IMG/VR virus record: IMGVR_UViG_3300009508_000011
Span: 1-64,000 of that record
DNA length: 64,000 nucleotides
Direction: 5' to 3' (one strand)
Part shown: positions 10,630-20,011 of the stretch, in pieces
Position numbering within the stretch: position 1 is the first letter of the stretch
Layout: each line of letters opens with the position of its first letter
Translations under genes and position numbers: made by a program
Notes under the pieces: model-generated
What the model was told of the DNA's origin: nothing
The model's input: the letters and a program-made list of their open reading frames with translations, nothing else
Database searches by the model: none

Positions 10630-12159
10630 ATGGACCATAAATTAGTTTTAGTCGACTTGATTACTCTAGTATACCGCGAAGCTGAGTATGAAGGCGCAGG
10701 AGTCGATAACACATCTTTAGTCCGTAGTATTGCGGATAAGATAAAAGTGTCCGAATCTGTCTCCGAAGTTACCAGCGGAAGAGATTCTATCGTTGCCTTA
10801 CGTGCAACCGTTTTCTGGATGCTCGAACAGGGCACAGCTACAGCATTCAATCGCGATGACTTGCTTCAAAGAATTAGAGTAAATGTGGCAGATGAATCAT
10901 ATTTAGTAGATGCACTCGAAAACAGTACTATACCTCTAGCAACTCAAGATGAAATTATCGATGCGATACAAAGAGCAGAGACCAAGTTAAGGGTTGAACT
11001 CAATAAAGAACAAGTAAAAGAAATAATTAAACAAGCCTACATGGATACCCACTTCAATGACAACTCCATCGATTGGCCTAACCTACCTGGTAAGATAGCA
11101 ACCAAGATGGAACCCTTTGCGGAATCTATGTCCGGTAGGCAGGTACATGACGAGATGGTGTCTGAGATTGACCTAGGTAACCTAAACTCAGTTGCCGATG
11201 CTTTGGGTAAGGCTAGAAGTACAAACTCCTCAGAAGGCGTTATGCGTCTAGGTTGGCAGGGCTTTAATGCAATGCTTGGTCAGGTGGGTGGTTTACGTAG
11301 AGGCGATGAAGTTTGTTTCGGTGCCCTACAACATAATTTCAAATCTGGCTTGTTGTTACATATACCTCGTCAGATTGCAATGTACAATACTCCATACATG
11401 CTGGATAAAACAAAGAAGCCGTTGATTCTTCACATCTCACTTGAGAATGCCGCTGAAGATAACATGATGATTCTATATAAGTGGTTAAAGGAAAACGAAA
11501 CATTCGAAGACTTTGATACCCGTGACCCAGATATAGATTTACAGGAAGCTGCTTCTTACGTACATGAAAAACTAACCGTCAATGGTTACCACTTTAAATT
11601 TTTAAGGTTCGACCCATCTAGCTTTACATTCGCTAAGTTGTGTACTTTACTTCGTGACTACGAGCGTGAGTATGAAATTCACCTATGCTCTATTGATTAC
11701 TTGAACATGATGTCTAAAGAAGGCTGTATGGGTGGTACCGACTCTGCTTTAATACGTGATTTATTCCGTAGAGTTCGTAACTACACTAACCCACGTGGTA
11801 TAACGCTACTTACAGCTCATCAGTTATCTTCGGATGCAAAACAGTTGGTACGTAATGGTTGTGAGAATTTCGTTAAGGAAGTAGCTAACAAAGGCTACTG
11901 GGCTGACTCTAAACAAATTGACCAAGAGTTAGATTTAGAAATTATTATCAACTTGGAAAGACCTGGTGATGGTTCTACTTTCCTTACAGCACACCGTGGT
12001 AAACATCGTATGCCTTTTATTACTCCAGAGAAAGATTTGTATACCGTATACAAGTTTGCTGAGGTTGGTGCAATACCAGATGACATCAATGGTGAGAGTG
12101 CCGCACTTAAGAAAGTAGGTATGGGTCCCATAGGTGGCGATGAGTTATGGGAGATGTAG
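10630..12159 (+). CDS. dnaB: DnaB-like replicative helicase (gp118-like)
   Basis: GGLRRGD...GALQHNFKS variant Walker A, ISLEN, IDYL Walker B, AHQLS, RGKHR arginine finger. Confidence 0.9.
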   Translation: MDHKLVLVDLITLVYREAEYEGAGVDNTSLVRSIADKIKVSESVSEVTSGRDSIVALRATVFWMLEQGTATAFNRDDLLQRIRVNVADESYLVDALENSTIPLATQDEIIDAIQRAETKLRVELNKEQVKEIIKQAYMDTHFNDNSIDWPNLPGKIATKMEPFAESMSGRQVHDEMVSEIDLGNLNSVADALGKARSTNSSEGVMRLGWQGFNAMLGQVGGLRRGDEVCFGALQHNFKSGLLLHIPRQIAMYNTPYMLDKTKKPLILHISLENAAEDNMMILYKWLKENETFEDFDTRDPDIDLQEAASYVHEKLTVNGYHFKFLRFDPSSFTFAKLCTLLRDYEREYEIHLCSIDYLNMMSKEGCMGGTDSALIRDLFRRVRNYTNPRGITLLTAHQLSSDAKQLVRNGCENFVKEVANKGYWADSKQIDQELDLEIIINLERPGDGSTFLTAHRGKHRMPFITPEKDLYTVYKFAEVGAIPDDINGESAALKKVGMGPIGGDELWEM

Positions 12160-12236
12160 TAACTAGTGGAGGAGTCCTCTCCTCCCTTAATTATATGACT
12201 ATTTTTTTAGTCATAGGTTTTAATTAGGAGAAATAT

Positions 12237-12824
12237 ATGAGCGATGAAGCCCAAGAAGAATGTATAGTGGTAAAGCACGAGTGCATTCAATGTAACAAAA
12301 CTAAGTGTGAAACTAACTTCCGCATTCTACGTGGCGAGCGTCGTGACGTATGTCTTAATTGTGAAAGTAAAAACACACGTGAAGTACAGACACGTAAACT
12401 TCGTAAAGAGTTTAATGTAACAGTGGAGGATATCCCTGGACACATCAAACATTGCCGTGCCTGTGATGAAGTTAAATCTATTAACGACTTCAAGAAGGAC
12501 AAGTCTAAAGACGGACACTACAGTAAATGTGGTGAATGTGCTGAAGCCGGTAATAAGTTAATGACTAATGCCGAATTGTCTGTATTCCGTGCTGGTAAAG
12601 CGGAAGTATTGGCCGAGAAAGTTGAAGAAGCTGTCGAAGATTTCAAGGTTGAAGTATCTGAAGCTGCCAAAGATAAAGTCTCTGCCGTTGTTAGCGATGG
12701 TAAAGAACTTATCGAAGATGTCAAAGACGTGGTTGAAGAAGTAACTGAAGAAGTAAAAGAGCATGTCGAAGAAGCAAAGGGTTTCTTTGTACGTGTTCGC
12801 GCATGGTGGAAGAACTTATTTTAA
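12237..12824 (+). CDS. Protein with two Cys4 zinc-ribbon modules and an acidic amphipathic C-terminus
   Basis: CIQC...CLNC and CRAC...CGEC; AGGAG RBS. Confidence 0.8.
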   Translation: MSDEAQEECIVVKHECIQCNKTKCETNFRILRGERRDVCLNCESKNTREVQTRKLRKEFNVTVEDIPGHIKHCRACDEVKSINDFKKDKSKDGHYSKCGECAEAGNKLMTNAELSVFRAGKAEVLAEKVEEAVEDFKVEVSEAAKDKVSAVVSDGKELIEDVKDVVEEVTEEVKEHVEEAKGFFVRVRAWWKNLF

Positions 12825-13057
12825 TGTTGTTCTCAGTTAACCGTGAAAAAGTACTACTTTTAGTTTTAGGTATCTTTCTATTGTCAGTGGTGGGTGCTCA
12901 TTGTAACACCGGAGATAATGGTATTATTTATTGTGGATTTGCCTTGTACTACGGTACATTAGGTATACTACTATCCTTGGGTTGGGATTGGTTATGTAAA
13001 TCAATCGATGACCTAGATGATACAGATACTCAGCATAAAGCAGAGGAGGGCGGGTAG
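12824..13057 (+). CDS. Small membrane protein with two predicted TM helices
   Basis: TAATG overlap with upstream stop; two hydrophobic stretches and an acidic tail. Confidence 0.7.
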   Translation: MLFSVNREKVLLLVLGIFLLSVVGAHCNTGDNGIIYCGFALYYGTLGILLSLGWDWLCKSIDDLDDTDTQHKAEEGG

Positions 13058-13074
13058 CCCTCCTCTATATGCCG

Positions 13075-14454
13075 TTAATCCAAATCCCGTTTGACCCATA
13101 AGGTCAAAGTACTATTACATCTTAGACGTTGGTCGGTGAATGCTTCTGTCTCTTTAGCGTACGCATGAGCACAGGACACCAATATACCAACAACACTACG
13201 TACTTCATCCTTCGCTGAATAAAGTAGCTTAGCGGGCATCCCAGGGCGTAATACGTCAGGGTCTGAGTTCTCCCACATTAAATTAACTACCGCCCCTCTA
13301 CGTACATTGAGTTCCGATAGTTGTTTATAATGATTAGAGGTTATCTTGTCATTTGAATATGGTACATAGTTTAACATGTCCTCACGTTCTTCGACAATAT
13401 ATTCTCTAAGATTAGAAGCCCTACTTATAGAAGTTATACCAGCTTCGGTTGAGGCATATGTATCCATCAACTTATTAGCATCTTGATATCTTACACCGTT
13501 ACCTAGGTTTTGTAGATAGGCTTCAGTGTTATCCAAATGTTGTATGTTACCAGTAGCTACAAGCTTAACGTGCTTTTCTTCAACTGAAAAAGAATTGTCT
13601 GTGGTTGGAGTAACGTTGTTATCTATCAACGCTATAGTCAGAGTTCTCTCAGATGATTCATACAAGTCAGTATTGTGTAGTCCCCATATATACCATTCAC
13701 CTCTTTCGATATAGCTACCTAGAGAAGTTTCATATAACCCGTACTTATTCTGACAATAATCAGGTAAGTCCATTAACTTAGTACCAGCAGGTATAAGTAA
13801 TTGTTTCGGGTCTGTAGTATTATCAGGTTCTCTAACATCTACACCGGCTAACTCATGTTGCTGTCTTTGATGTACTAAATCCAAATCAACATCTTTTTCC
13901 CAAGGTTCTTTACGAAGTTTAGCACGACATAAAGACCTTAGTAAGTCAGTCCAGTTTCCTGCGAAAATACCGGATATAAATTTAACTCGAATATTATCAA
14001 GTAATGGTTCAACTAACTGGAACTTAACGGGGATACGTTTAGAACGGTCACCCATACCAGTATCGTTGGTCATCTCACTACTTGCCCTTAGGCCTAAACT
14101 GGATTGGTCTACGAGGATAGCCCTATACAACTCTTTAGTGGCAAACTTGTTTGGGTTGATGGTATCAACAGTACCTAGAACAATTGGCTTTCTAAGTACT
14201 TCCACCTTAAGATACGATTTGAAAGGATATATCTTATTTACATAAGTTGCTATTCCAACATCGAAGTTAAGTAATGTCTTATCTGAGAAATCATTTCCAT
14301 AATCTCTCTCGATGGTTAAAGACTTAACATCATCTAAAACAAGTTCACCCTCTGGAGTAAAGAGAGTAACCACCCACATGAACTCAGGATGTGTAGGTGG
14401 AACTTCTGCTATTTTAAGTATTTCTTCGTAGAGGGTTGAGTCTCTTACTTCCAA
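13075..14454 (-). CDS. Virion structural protein (gp101-like, possibly baseplate hub)
   Basis: 459 aa; synteny in the gp98-101 cluster. Confidence 0.65.
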   Translation of the reverse strand: MEVRDSTLYEEILKIAEVPPTHPEFMWVVTLFTPEGELVLDDVKSLTIERDYGNDFSDKTLLNFDVGIATYVNKIYPFKSYLKVEVLRKPIVLGTVDTINPNKFATKELYRAILVDQSSLGLRASSEMTNDTGMGDRSKRIPVKFQLVEPLLDNIRVKFISGIFAGNWTDLLRSLCRAKLRKEPWEKDVDLDLVHQRQQHELAGVDVREPDNTTDPKQLLIPAGTKLMDLPDYCQNKYGLYETSLGSYIERGEWYIWGLHNTDLYESSERTLTIALIDNNVTPTTDNSFSVEEKHVKLVATGNIQHLDNTEAYLQNLGNGVRYQDANKLMDTYASTEAGITSISRASNLREYIVEEREDMLNYVPYSNDKITSNHYKQLSELNVRRGAVVNLMWENSDPDVLRPGMPAKLLYSAKDEVRSVVGILVSCAHAYAKETEAFTDQRLRCNSTLTLWVKRDLD

Positions 14455-14996
14455 TTTCTACTCCCCGTTAAATATCTAGCATCTATCTTAGTAGTTAACG
14501 CTGTATGTGCTTCAGGAGCTGTCTTAGCCTTCTGTTCGGACTTACGTTGACGTTTACCAAGGAATGACATAAGTTTACTAGACGTATCTTCTTCGCTAAC
14601 GAAGTGATGTCTAACGCGAGGGAATATGTAGGCTGCAAATTTATCTAACGTTTGCAAGTCTTCAATTGGTGGCATCTGACCGAATAGTCCATTACGTTGG
14701 AACTCGATGGCATCCTTAATGTGTTGGCAGATAATGCTGTACATCTGGAATGCCTTTTCGTTGTTATCAATCTCTACCTTGAAACCTTTACCATGGATAG
14801 TTGCCATCTCGGCAATTGTACGGATAGCACCAGTTAACATTTTGGCGTTACTAACATCGCGCCCCTCATCACCAGAGACGAATGTACCGAAGTCTTGTAA
14901 GACTGCATCTGAGTAAACTACCATCTCAGGAATTCTACATTGATATTTCCAATGGAATATCTTGTACCCTGCTGTTTGTGAGGAATCGCGTTGCAT
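14445..14996 (-). CDS. Conserved hypothetical protein (gp100-like)
   Basis: 183 aa, overlapping neighbours in an operon. Confidence 0.65.
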   Translation of the reverse strand: MQRDSSQTAGYKIFHWKYQCRIPEMVVYSDAVLQDFGTFVSGDEGRDVSNAKMLTGAIRTIAEMATIHGKGFKVEIDNNEKAFQMYSIICQHIKDAIEFQRNGLFGQMPPIEDLQTLDKFAAYIFPRVRHHFVSEEDTSSKLMSFLGKRQRKSEQKAKTAPEAHTALTTKIDARYLTGSRNWK

Positions 14997-14997
14997 G

Positions 14998-16245
14998 TTA
15001 TCTCTCCAATGCTAGAAGAAGTGCCATTATGATTGGCGTTTGGTAGAACTGACTTAAGTCGTCCCACTCATGTGCTTCTTTTGCTAAGTTAATTATTTCC
15101 GTGGTATCTAAAGCTTTACCTTCAAACCACATCATTAAATAGCGTTCAAGTTTAGACATTCCATCCGTCTGTTCGTTGTAATACCAACTAGATAAACAAT
15201 AATGTTCATCTAAAGTAGATGGGTGGTAGTTAATGTCCACTGGTTCAGTTGGAACAGGTTCCACTGGTAGCTTACCTACGACAGGTCTTCTAACCAACTC
15301 TAAAGTACTCCAAGCAATACCGCCCATAGCTGGCGACTGACTTAGACGTTTAGGTGGAATCTCTTCCATGTATTCTATTTGGTCTACAAACCAACGACTA
15401 CCTTCAAGTAATGTATCCCAGATAGTAGGGCTATCGAAGAACTCAATACCATTAACATTTAACATCGTTGGTACTTTCTGCCAAGGTATATCAAGTTTAG
15501 TAATAAACCTTAATAGGAAATGGTCGTAGATTCTTTTATCTTCACTGGTACTGTAAACTAAGGTGTTGAACTCACCATCCCAGAAGCGTCTTGTATAAGC
15601 TCCTGTAAGGCGTTCTAACAGCTCTCTCACGCTTTCACGCTCAATCACTTCTTCCTTAGTTTCGAATGCCCCTGAACCCTGTCTGAGGGCTTCCTTGTTG
15701 AAGTATACCGATTCGATTACCTTAGATAGTATATCATTCATCTTATCTTCGGTGGAATAGTCAACTAGTTTATATTCAATCTCGTATCCAGCTTCCCTGT
15801 AGATAGTTAATCGTCTAGTTGAGGTCACGGTAAATATCGCAGAACGACCATCGCCTACATCTGCCACAAACATATCGCCAGGATTTGGTTTTATGCTAGG
15901 GTATATATTGGACGTACCGTTAACAGTAAACTTATTAGTTTCTGGGTCTTGGTCTTGAGATAGAGGAGACTGTACTTTGAATTCAAGGTTCTTGATTTCT
16001 TTGTACTGTTGGTATACTTCACTCTGACCTTCATCTTGAGTACTACCAACTTGGTCCTGACCTAATATCTGACCGTAGTAGTTAACAGTCCAACTAGAAC
16101 CACTTACGTAAGTAAGAAGAGAACTATGGTCTACCTCTTTGGTATTGATTACATTATCCTGATACGCCTTAGGTACTTCCCTAGGACGAAGAGGTTCTTC
16201 TTGCTTTATCGGTTCATCAACCGGTTCATCTGTTACTAGAGGCAT
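14998..16245 (-). CDS. Virion structural protein (gp99-like)
   Basis: 415 aa; SLLTYVSGSSWTVNYY and PNPGDMFVADVGDGR motifs typical of this family. Confidence 0.7.
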   Translation of the reverse strand: MPLVTDEPVDEPIKQEEPLRPREVPKAYQDNVINTKEVDHSSLLTYVSGSSWTVNYYGQILGQDQVGSTQDEGQSEVYQQYKEIKNLEFKVQSPLSQDQDPETNKFTVNGTSNIYPSIKPNPGDMFVADVGDGRSAIFTVTSTRRLTIYREAGYEIEYKLVDYSTEDKMNDILSKVIESVYFNKEALRQGSGAFETKEEVIERESVRELLERLTGAYTRRFWDGEFNTLVYSTSEDKRIYDHFLLRFITKLDIPWQKVPTMLNVNGIEFFDSPTIWDTLLEGSRWFVDQIEYMEEIPPKRLSQSPAMGGIAWSTLELVRRPVVGKLPVEPVPTEPVDINYHPSTLDEHYCLSSWYYNEQTDGMSKLERYLMMWFEGKALDTTEIINLAKEAHEWDDLSQFYQTPIIMALLLALER

Positions 16246-17765
16246 TATTCTCTCCCGTAGTTCTGAGCAGTTACAGCAAACTGTCCAACTGTCAGAGTGT
16301 TACTTTCAGCACGAGTGTTATATCGTCTATTGGTTTCCCTAAGTCCTGTCTTTACAACATTCCATCTGGGTAGACTTATAGAATCGTCATCAAGTATATT
16401 AATACTATCCACATCGAATTTAGAATCAACTACGCGAATAACCTGTTTAGCAGTTTCACCATGAATTATTAATTCATCGGTAGCTCGTTCAGATAACATG
16501 GATAAATCATTAACGCAACCAATCCAGATATGGTAATGGTGCCTAGGGTCTAAGTCGAATGTAGCCCTAACAAATAAATTCTCATCTACGTGTATAGCAT
16601 CTTCATGTAATGGTAAACCATCGCGGTACAAGGCAATGTGGAATGGGTTCTGATATGTCTTAGTTAGTTTATCATGGTTCTTAACCATAAACTCACGTAG
16701 TAGTGGGTCTAACTGTACAGTGCCCATAGAGTCCAAATTAAATAGTTCTCTAGGGTCATCACCTACCATCATCATTAAACGTAGTAGAGTAGAATAGTGA
16801 CTACGTACTCGTTCAGGTAACCATTCGTCCCACTCAGGTATACTAACGCCACATATTGATTGCCCTGGTATGGTAGCTCCATCTAAACGCATAAAGCGGC
16901 TCTTGGTGTAATCAGCATGGTTAGGGTCAACTAACATATTGAAGTTTTCACCACGTAACCTAAGTGCCGACGGTACTAACTGATTATGTATCATTAAAGG
17001 ATAACCCATAGCGAATGCAGTAGGTTTATGATACTGGAACGTATAACTAAACGATGCAGACCACTGTTGAGTATTCTGTACTGCCACTGGTGGTTTCTCA
17101 AAACTGTACCAACCATTGAACCCAGTTTGTTTTTCACTAACTGAGAAGTTACTACTAGAACCAGCTTGATTGGTCATTACGGTTACTAACTCAGAGAAGT
17201 TAGCCTTTAACCAAGTCCCGAAGGTATCACCATAACCAGCTCTATTCTCACGTAACTTATAAAGCTCGGCTAGGATGTTCATCATTACTTTAGGTATTGC
17301 AAAGTGATATGCTGCTGTATGCTTCTGGTGTTGTCTACCATTACCTACTCTTCTACGGATACCGTTAACCCAATTATGAGCTGCCGATTCAGAGTTAAAG
17401 TACATTTCAACATTGAGTATTATTTCAACGTTGTGGTATATTGGCTTAATCCATACTCCAAGTTCTGGGTCGACAAAGGCTTCGTTGGTGTTAGGGTCAG
17501 GGATAGTACGTTCTAACATACCGTCATCCATAAACTCTTCTTCCATACTTACCTTAATTTTTTCACCTTGGTCAAACTGAGCTTCACTATCAGTCTCACG
17601 TATACCAGTATTAAGTGTACGTGCTTGACTGTCCCCTTTGTTAAGGTAAATATCAGTTTCCAACGATAAACCAGTTCTTTGGAGTAAGTCTCTAGCCACT
17701 GCGAATATAACTGGACGAGTGACAGCTTCTACCGTCTCTTCGACTTCGTGCGATATGATTGGCAT
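16245..17765 (-). CDS. Virion structural protein (gp98-like)
   Basis: 506 aa, first gene of the operon; TATG late-type motif upstream near 17795. Confidence 0.7.
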   Translation of the reverse strand: MPIISHEVEETVEAVTRPVIFAVARDLLQRTGLSLETDIYLNKGDSQARTLNTGIRETDSEAQFDQGEKIKVSMEEEFMDDGMLERTIPDPNTNEAFVDPELGVWIKPIYHNVEIILNVEMYFNSESAAHNWVNGIRRRVGNGRQHQKHTAAYHFAIPKVMMNILAELYKLRENRAGYGDTFGTWLKANFSELVTVMTNQAGSSSNFSVSEKQTGFNGWYSFEKPPVAVQNTQQWSASFSYTFQYHKPTAFAMGYPLMIHNQLVPSALRLRGENFNMLVDPNHADYTKSRFMRLDGATIPGQSICGVSIPEWDEWLPERVRSHYSTLLRLMMMVGDDPRELFNLDSMGTVQLDPLLREFMVKNHDKLTKTYQNPFHIALYRDGLPLHEDAIHVDENLFVRATFDLDPRHHYHIWIGCVNDLSMLSERATDELIIHGETAKQVIRVVDSKFDVDSINILDDDSISLPRWNVVKTGLRETNRRYNTRAESNTLTVGQFAVTAQNYGRE

Positions 17766-17861
17766 CTGCCGACTCTCCTAAAATGTTTGAATACATAAAA
17801 TTACGAAAACAAAAAAATAAAGGGAGCCTAAGCTCCCGATATTTAGTAACCAATCCAAAGA

Positions 17862-18023
17862 TTAGTTACGTCGACAAACTCCAGCATTACACATAGCGCG
17901 ACATTCACGATACTGACGCATTAAGTCAGCATAGTTAGGGTCAGCTTTACCAAGTGCCATGGCATTGGTACGTAGCTCAAGCATGTGTGCTTTCATCTGA
18001 CCGTGGGTCATTTGATTCATCAT
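17862..18023 (-). CDS. Small protein missed by the ORF track (53 aa, MMNQMTHGQMKAHMLELR...CNAGVCRRN)
   Basis: AGGA RBS, in-frame stop at 17862, followed by hairpin GGGAGC-CTAA-GCTCCC and a T-run. Confidence 0.75.
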   Translation of the reverse strand: MMNQMTHGQMKAHMLELRTNAMALGKADPNYADLMRQYRECRAMCNAGVCRRN

Positions 18024-18081
18024 AATGGATTATCCTAATGCATTTTGTTAATTAACAGTGGAAGAAACAACTCCCATATAA

Positions 18082-18855
18082 TTAATCTGCGGAGTGCACC
18101 CATTTATCAGTAGTTACCGAATACTCCTTGGCTAATGTAAGTATATCACCTCTTACACCTCTCCAACGTATCCAGAAATCACGACGCATACCTAGGCGTA
18201 TTTTGGCTGCTTTTACAGGGCCATTCATTCCCTTAGCGAGTATGGGAGTTTTACTGACTTCAAATGTTTTACCTGCTTCACCAGTTATGTACATGTCAAG
18301 AGACCTAATTTCATAATCAAGTTCATGATTACTCAATCTGTGTATTCTATCTAGTTCATCTTTGGTATACTCAGCCAATACAGTAATCATTGGTCTACCG
18401 TCAGCCTTTGATAATACATCATCCCATTCTTCAATGAGTCTACCCATCATGGCCTTATCGTCTACAGTTATCCTGCCGTCCTGATGACGCAAACCTGCAT
18501 CACCGAACATTAGCTCGAACTTGTACCATAGTGACCAATAGTTAGTTTGTAGTTGCTTAGGTACCTTACGTTCACCCTCTTTACTGTAAAGAGTATCCAT
18601 GCGGTAACCAACCTGATGTGGTTTATCAAAACTACCAATGCTGTGGTAATATCCAGGACGATTATCTGTGATAGCCCAGCCCTCACGGAATATTTTACTA
18701 TCGCCATCATTACCGAAAGAACGTACTTTCTTAAAGAGGTATACAAACTTCTTTTTCTTAAGTATTTCTCTAGCAATACAGATTGCCTCACGTATACAGA
18801 TTTGACCCCATGGGGAACTCTGGAACTCTTCCACGATGTGAAGTTCATTTTTCAT
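18082..18855 (-). CDS. Accessory hypothetical protein
   Basis: 257 aa; AAGGAAAAG RBS within a repeated leader. Confidence 0.8.
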   Translation of the reverse strand: MKNELHIVEEFQSSPWGQICIREAICIAREILKKKKFVYLFKKVRSFGNDGDSKIFREGWAITDNRPGYYHSIGSFDKPHQVGYRMDTLYSKEGERKVPKQLQTNYWSLWYKFELMFGDAGLRHQDGRITVDDKAMMGRLIEEWDDVLSKADGRPMITVLAEYTKDELDRIHRLSNHELDYEIRSLDMYITGEAGKTFEVSKTPILAKGMNGPVKAAKIRLGMRRDFWIRWRGVRGDILTLAKEYSVTTDKWVHSAD

Positions 18856-18887
18856 AATCTTTTCCTTTAATTTAAGATTGTTTAAAA
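18853..18887 (-). repeat. 35-bp leader/RBS repeat, copy 1
   Basis: CATAATCTTTTCCTTTAATTTAAGATTGTTTAAAA identical to 19481-19515. Confidence 0.95.
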
Positions 18888-19483
18888 GTTGAAGACTCGA
18901 TGTCTTCTTGTAGGTGGTCAGCAGATAAAATAAAGCATCTTTTATCTTCGCTGAATTTAATTACATAAGGTTCGAATATTTCAATATGCTCTGGTGAGTT
19001 AAGTCCACTAAGTAACATTTGATAACCTTCGGTGTTTATACTACCATTACTATTACGAGTGAACAAATCTAGGGCGTGTTTAAGAACTTCGTCCTCAACC
19101 AAGCCAATTGCTTCCCAAAGTAGACTACCACATATCAACTCTACCAAATCTTCATTTAGTACAATTTCACCGTCAATGCGATAACTGTTCATAATGTTGT
19201 TAAAGCGAATAGGTACTGAACCTTCAGTTAGAGTCTCACAGAACTCAAGTATGTTACCAAGCCATTCATTACCGCCAACAGCATAGAGTAAAACTAAAGA
19301 TTCAGGCGACATCAATACGTCGTTGTATTGTATATCATAAATCGACTTAGGGTCTTTACGTATCTCAGTAAACCGCTCTGCCTCAAATTTCTGTATATCC
19401 TCAAAGTCCCTAAGGTATAATAACACAGAACCCTTCAAATCTTCTAACGCTTTAATCTCTATATCTTCAAATACCTTACTCAT
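18872..19483 (-). CDS. Accessory hypothetical protein
   Basis: 203 aa, acidic; same leader as neighbour. Confidence 0.8.
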   Translation of the reverse strand: MSKVFEDIEIKALEDLKGSVLLYLRDFEDIQKFEAERFTEIRKDPKSIYDIQYNDVLMSPESLVLLYAVGGNEWLGNILEFCETLTEGSVPIRFNNIMNSYRIDGEIVLNEDLVELICGSLLWEAIGLVEDEVLKHALDLFTRNSNGSINTEGYQMLLSGLNSPEHIEIFEPYVIKFSEDKRCFILSADHLQEDIESSTFKQS

Positions 19484-19515
19484 AATCTTTTCCTTTAATT
19501 TAAGATTGTTTAAAA
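19481..19515 (-). repeat. 35-bp leader/RBS repeat, copy 2
   Basis: Identical to 18853-18887. Confidence 0.95.
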
Positions 19516-19518
19516 TGT

Positions 19519-19839
19519 TTATTCTAATACCGGGCGCATGATACTAAGGTCAACCTTACATCCATTGTCCATGTATAAATTATAAGCTATTCTTCCGTGT
19601 AGTTTTCTTTCTGGGTTACAGTCATCGAACTCTTGACCCAAGCAAGCACTTAGATGTTCTAGGAATAACTCAGCCAATGTGCTGTAGTGACACCAATCAT
19701 CAGTCCATGGTACAGCTATTAAATCTAGGTCTTGTTGTAGACTACCATGTATTGCAAGTGCGTAACCATTATCCCTAGCTATATCACATAGTCCAGCATA
19801 TAGCGTTGCGTACATTGGTGCTTGTGATGGTTCTTTCAT
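19519..19839 (-). CDS. Small nucleotidyltransferase-like protein
   Basis: HGSLQQDLDLIAVP (GS..DxD) plus distal VDL. Confidence 0.55.
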   Translation of the reverse strand: MKEPSQAPMYATLYAGLCDIARDNGYALAIHGSLQQDLDLIAVPWTDDWCHYSTLAELFLEHLSACLGQEFDDCNPERKLHGRIAYNLYMDNGCKVDLSIMRPVLE

Positions 19840-19912
19840 TACTTTCTCTTTTATTTAAAGTTAACTATTCAATAAGATTATATATGTCTGTAAAAAAGTT
19901 GATACGTCATAA

Positions 19913-19934
19913 GGGAGGGGATTTCTCCCCTCCC
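19913..19934 (-). terminator. Terminator after head protein gene
   Basis: GGGAGGGGA-TTTC-TCCCCTCCC. Confidence 0.8.
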
Positions 19935-20011
19935 CATGATAGCTAACACAAACAGCTTAACAATGTGTGGTTGTCAGTTTTGTGTGGTTAACTGTAGGTG
20001 TCAACTAACTT

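Noticed and set aside
11300-11350. Non-canonical DnaB Walker A (GALQHNFKS) as a pseudogene sign
   Set aside because: ORF is intact, and this variant is, as I recall, typical of phiKZ-like gp118 helicases
18082-18855. Possible GIY-YIG homing endonuclease (FVYLF...YHSIG)
   Set aside because: Motif spacing and the conserved Arg/Glu/Asn are not convincingly present
19935-20011. Possible tRNA or ncRNA in the head-gene 3' UTR
   Set aside because: No cloverleaf or T-loop GTTCRA; only short ACCACACA repeats before the terminator
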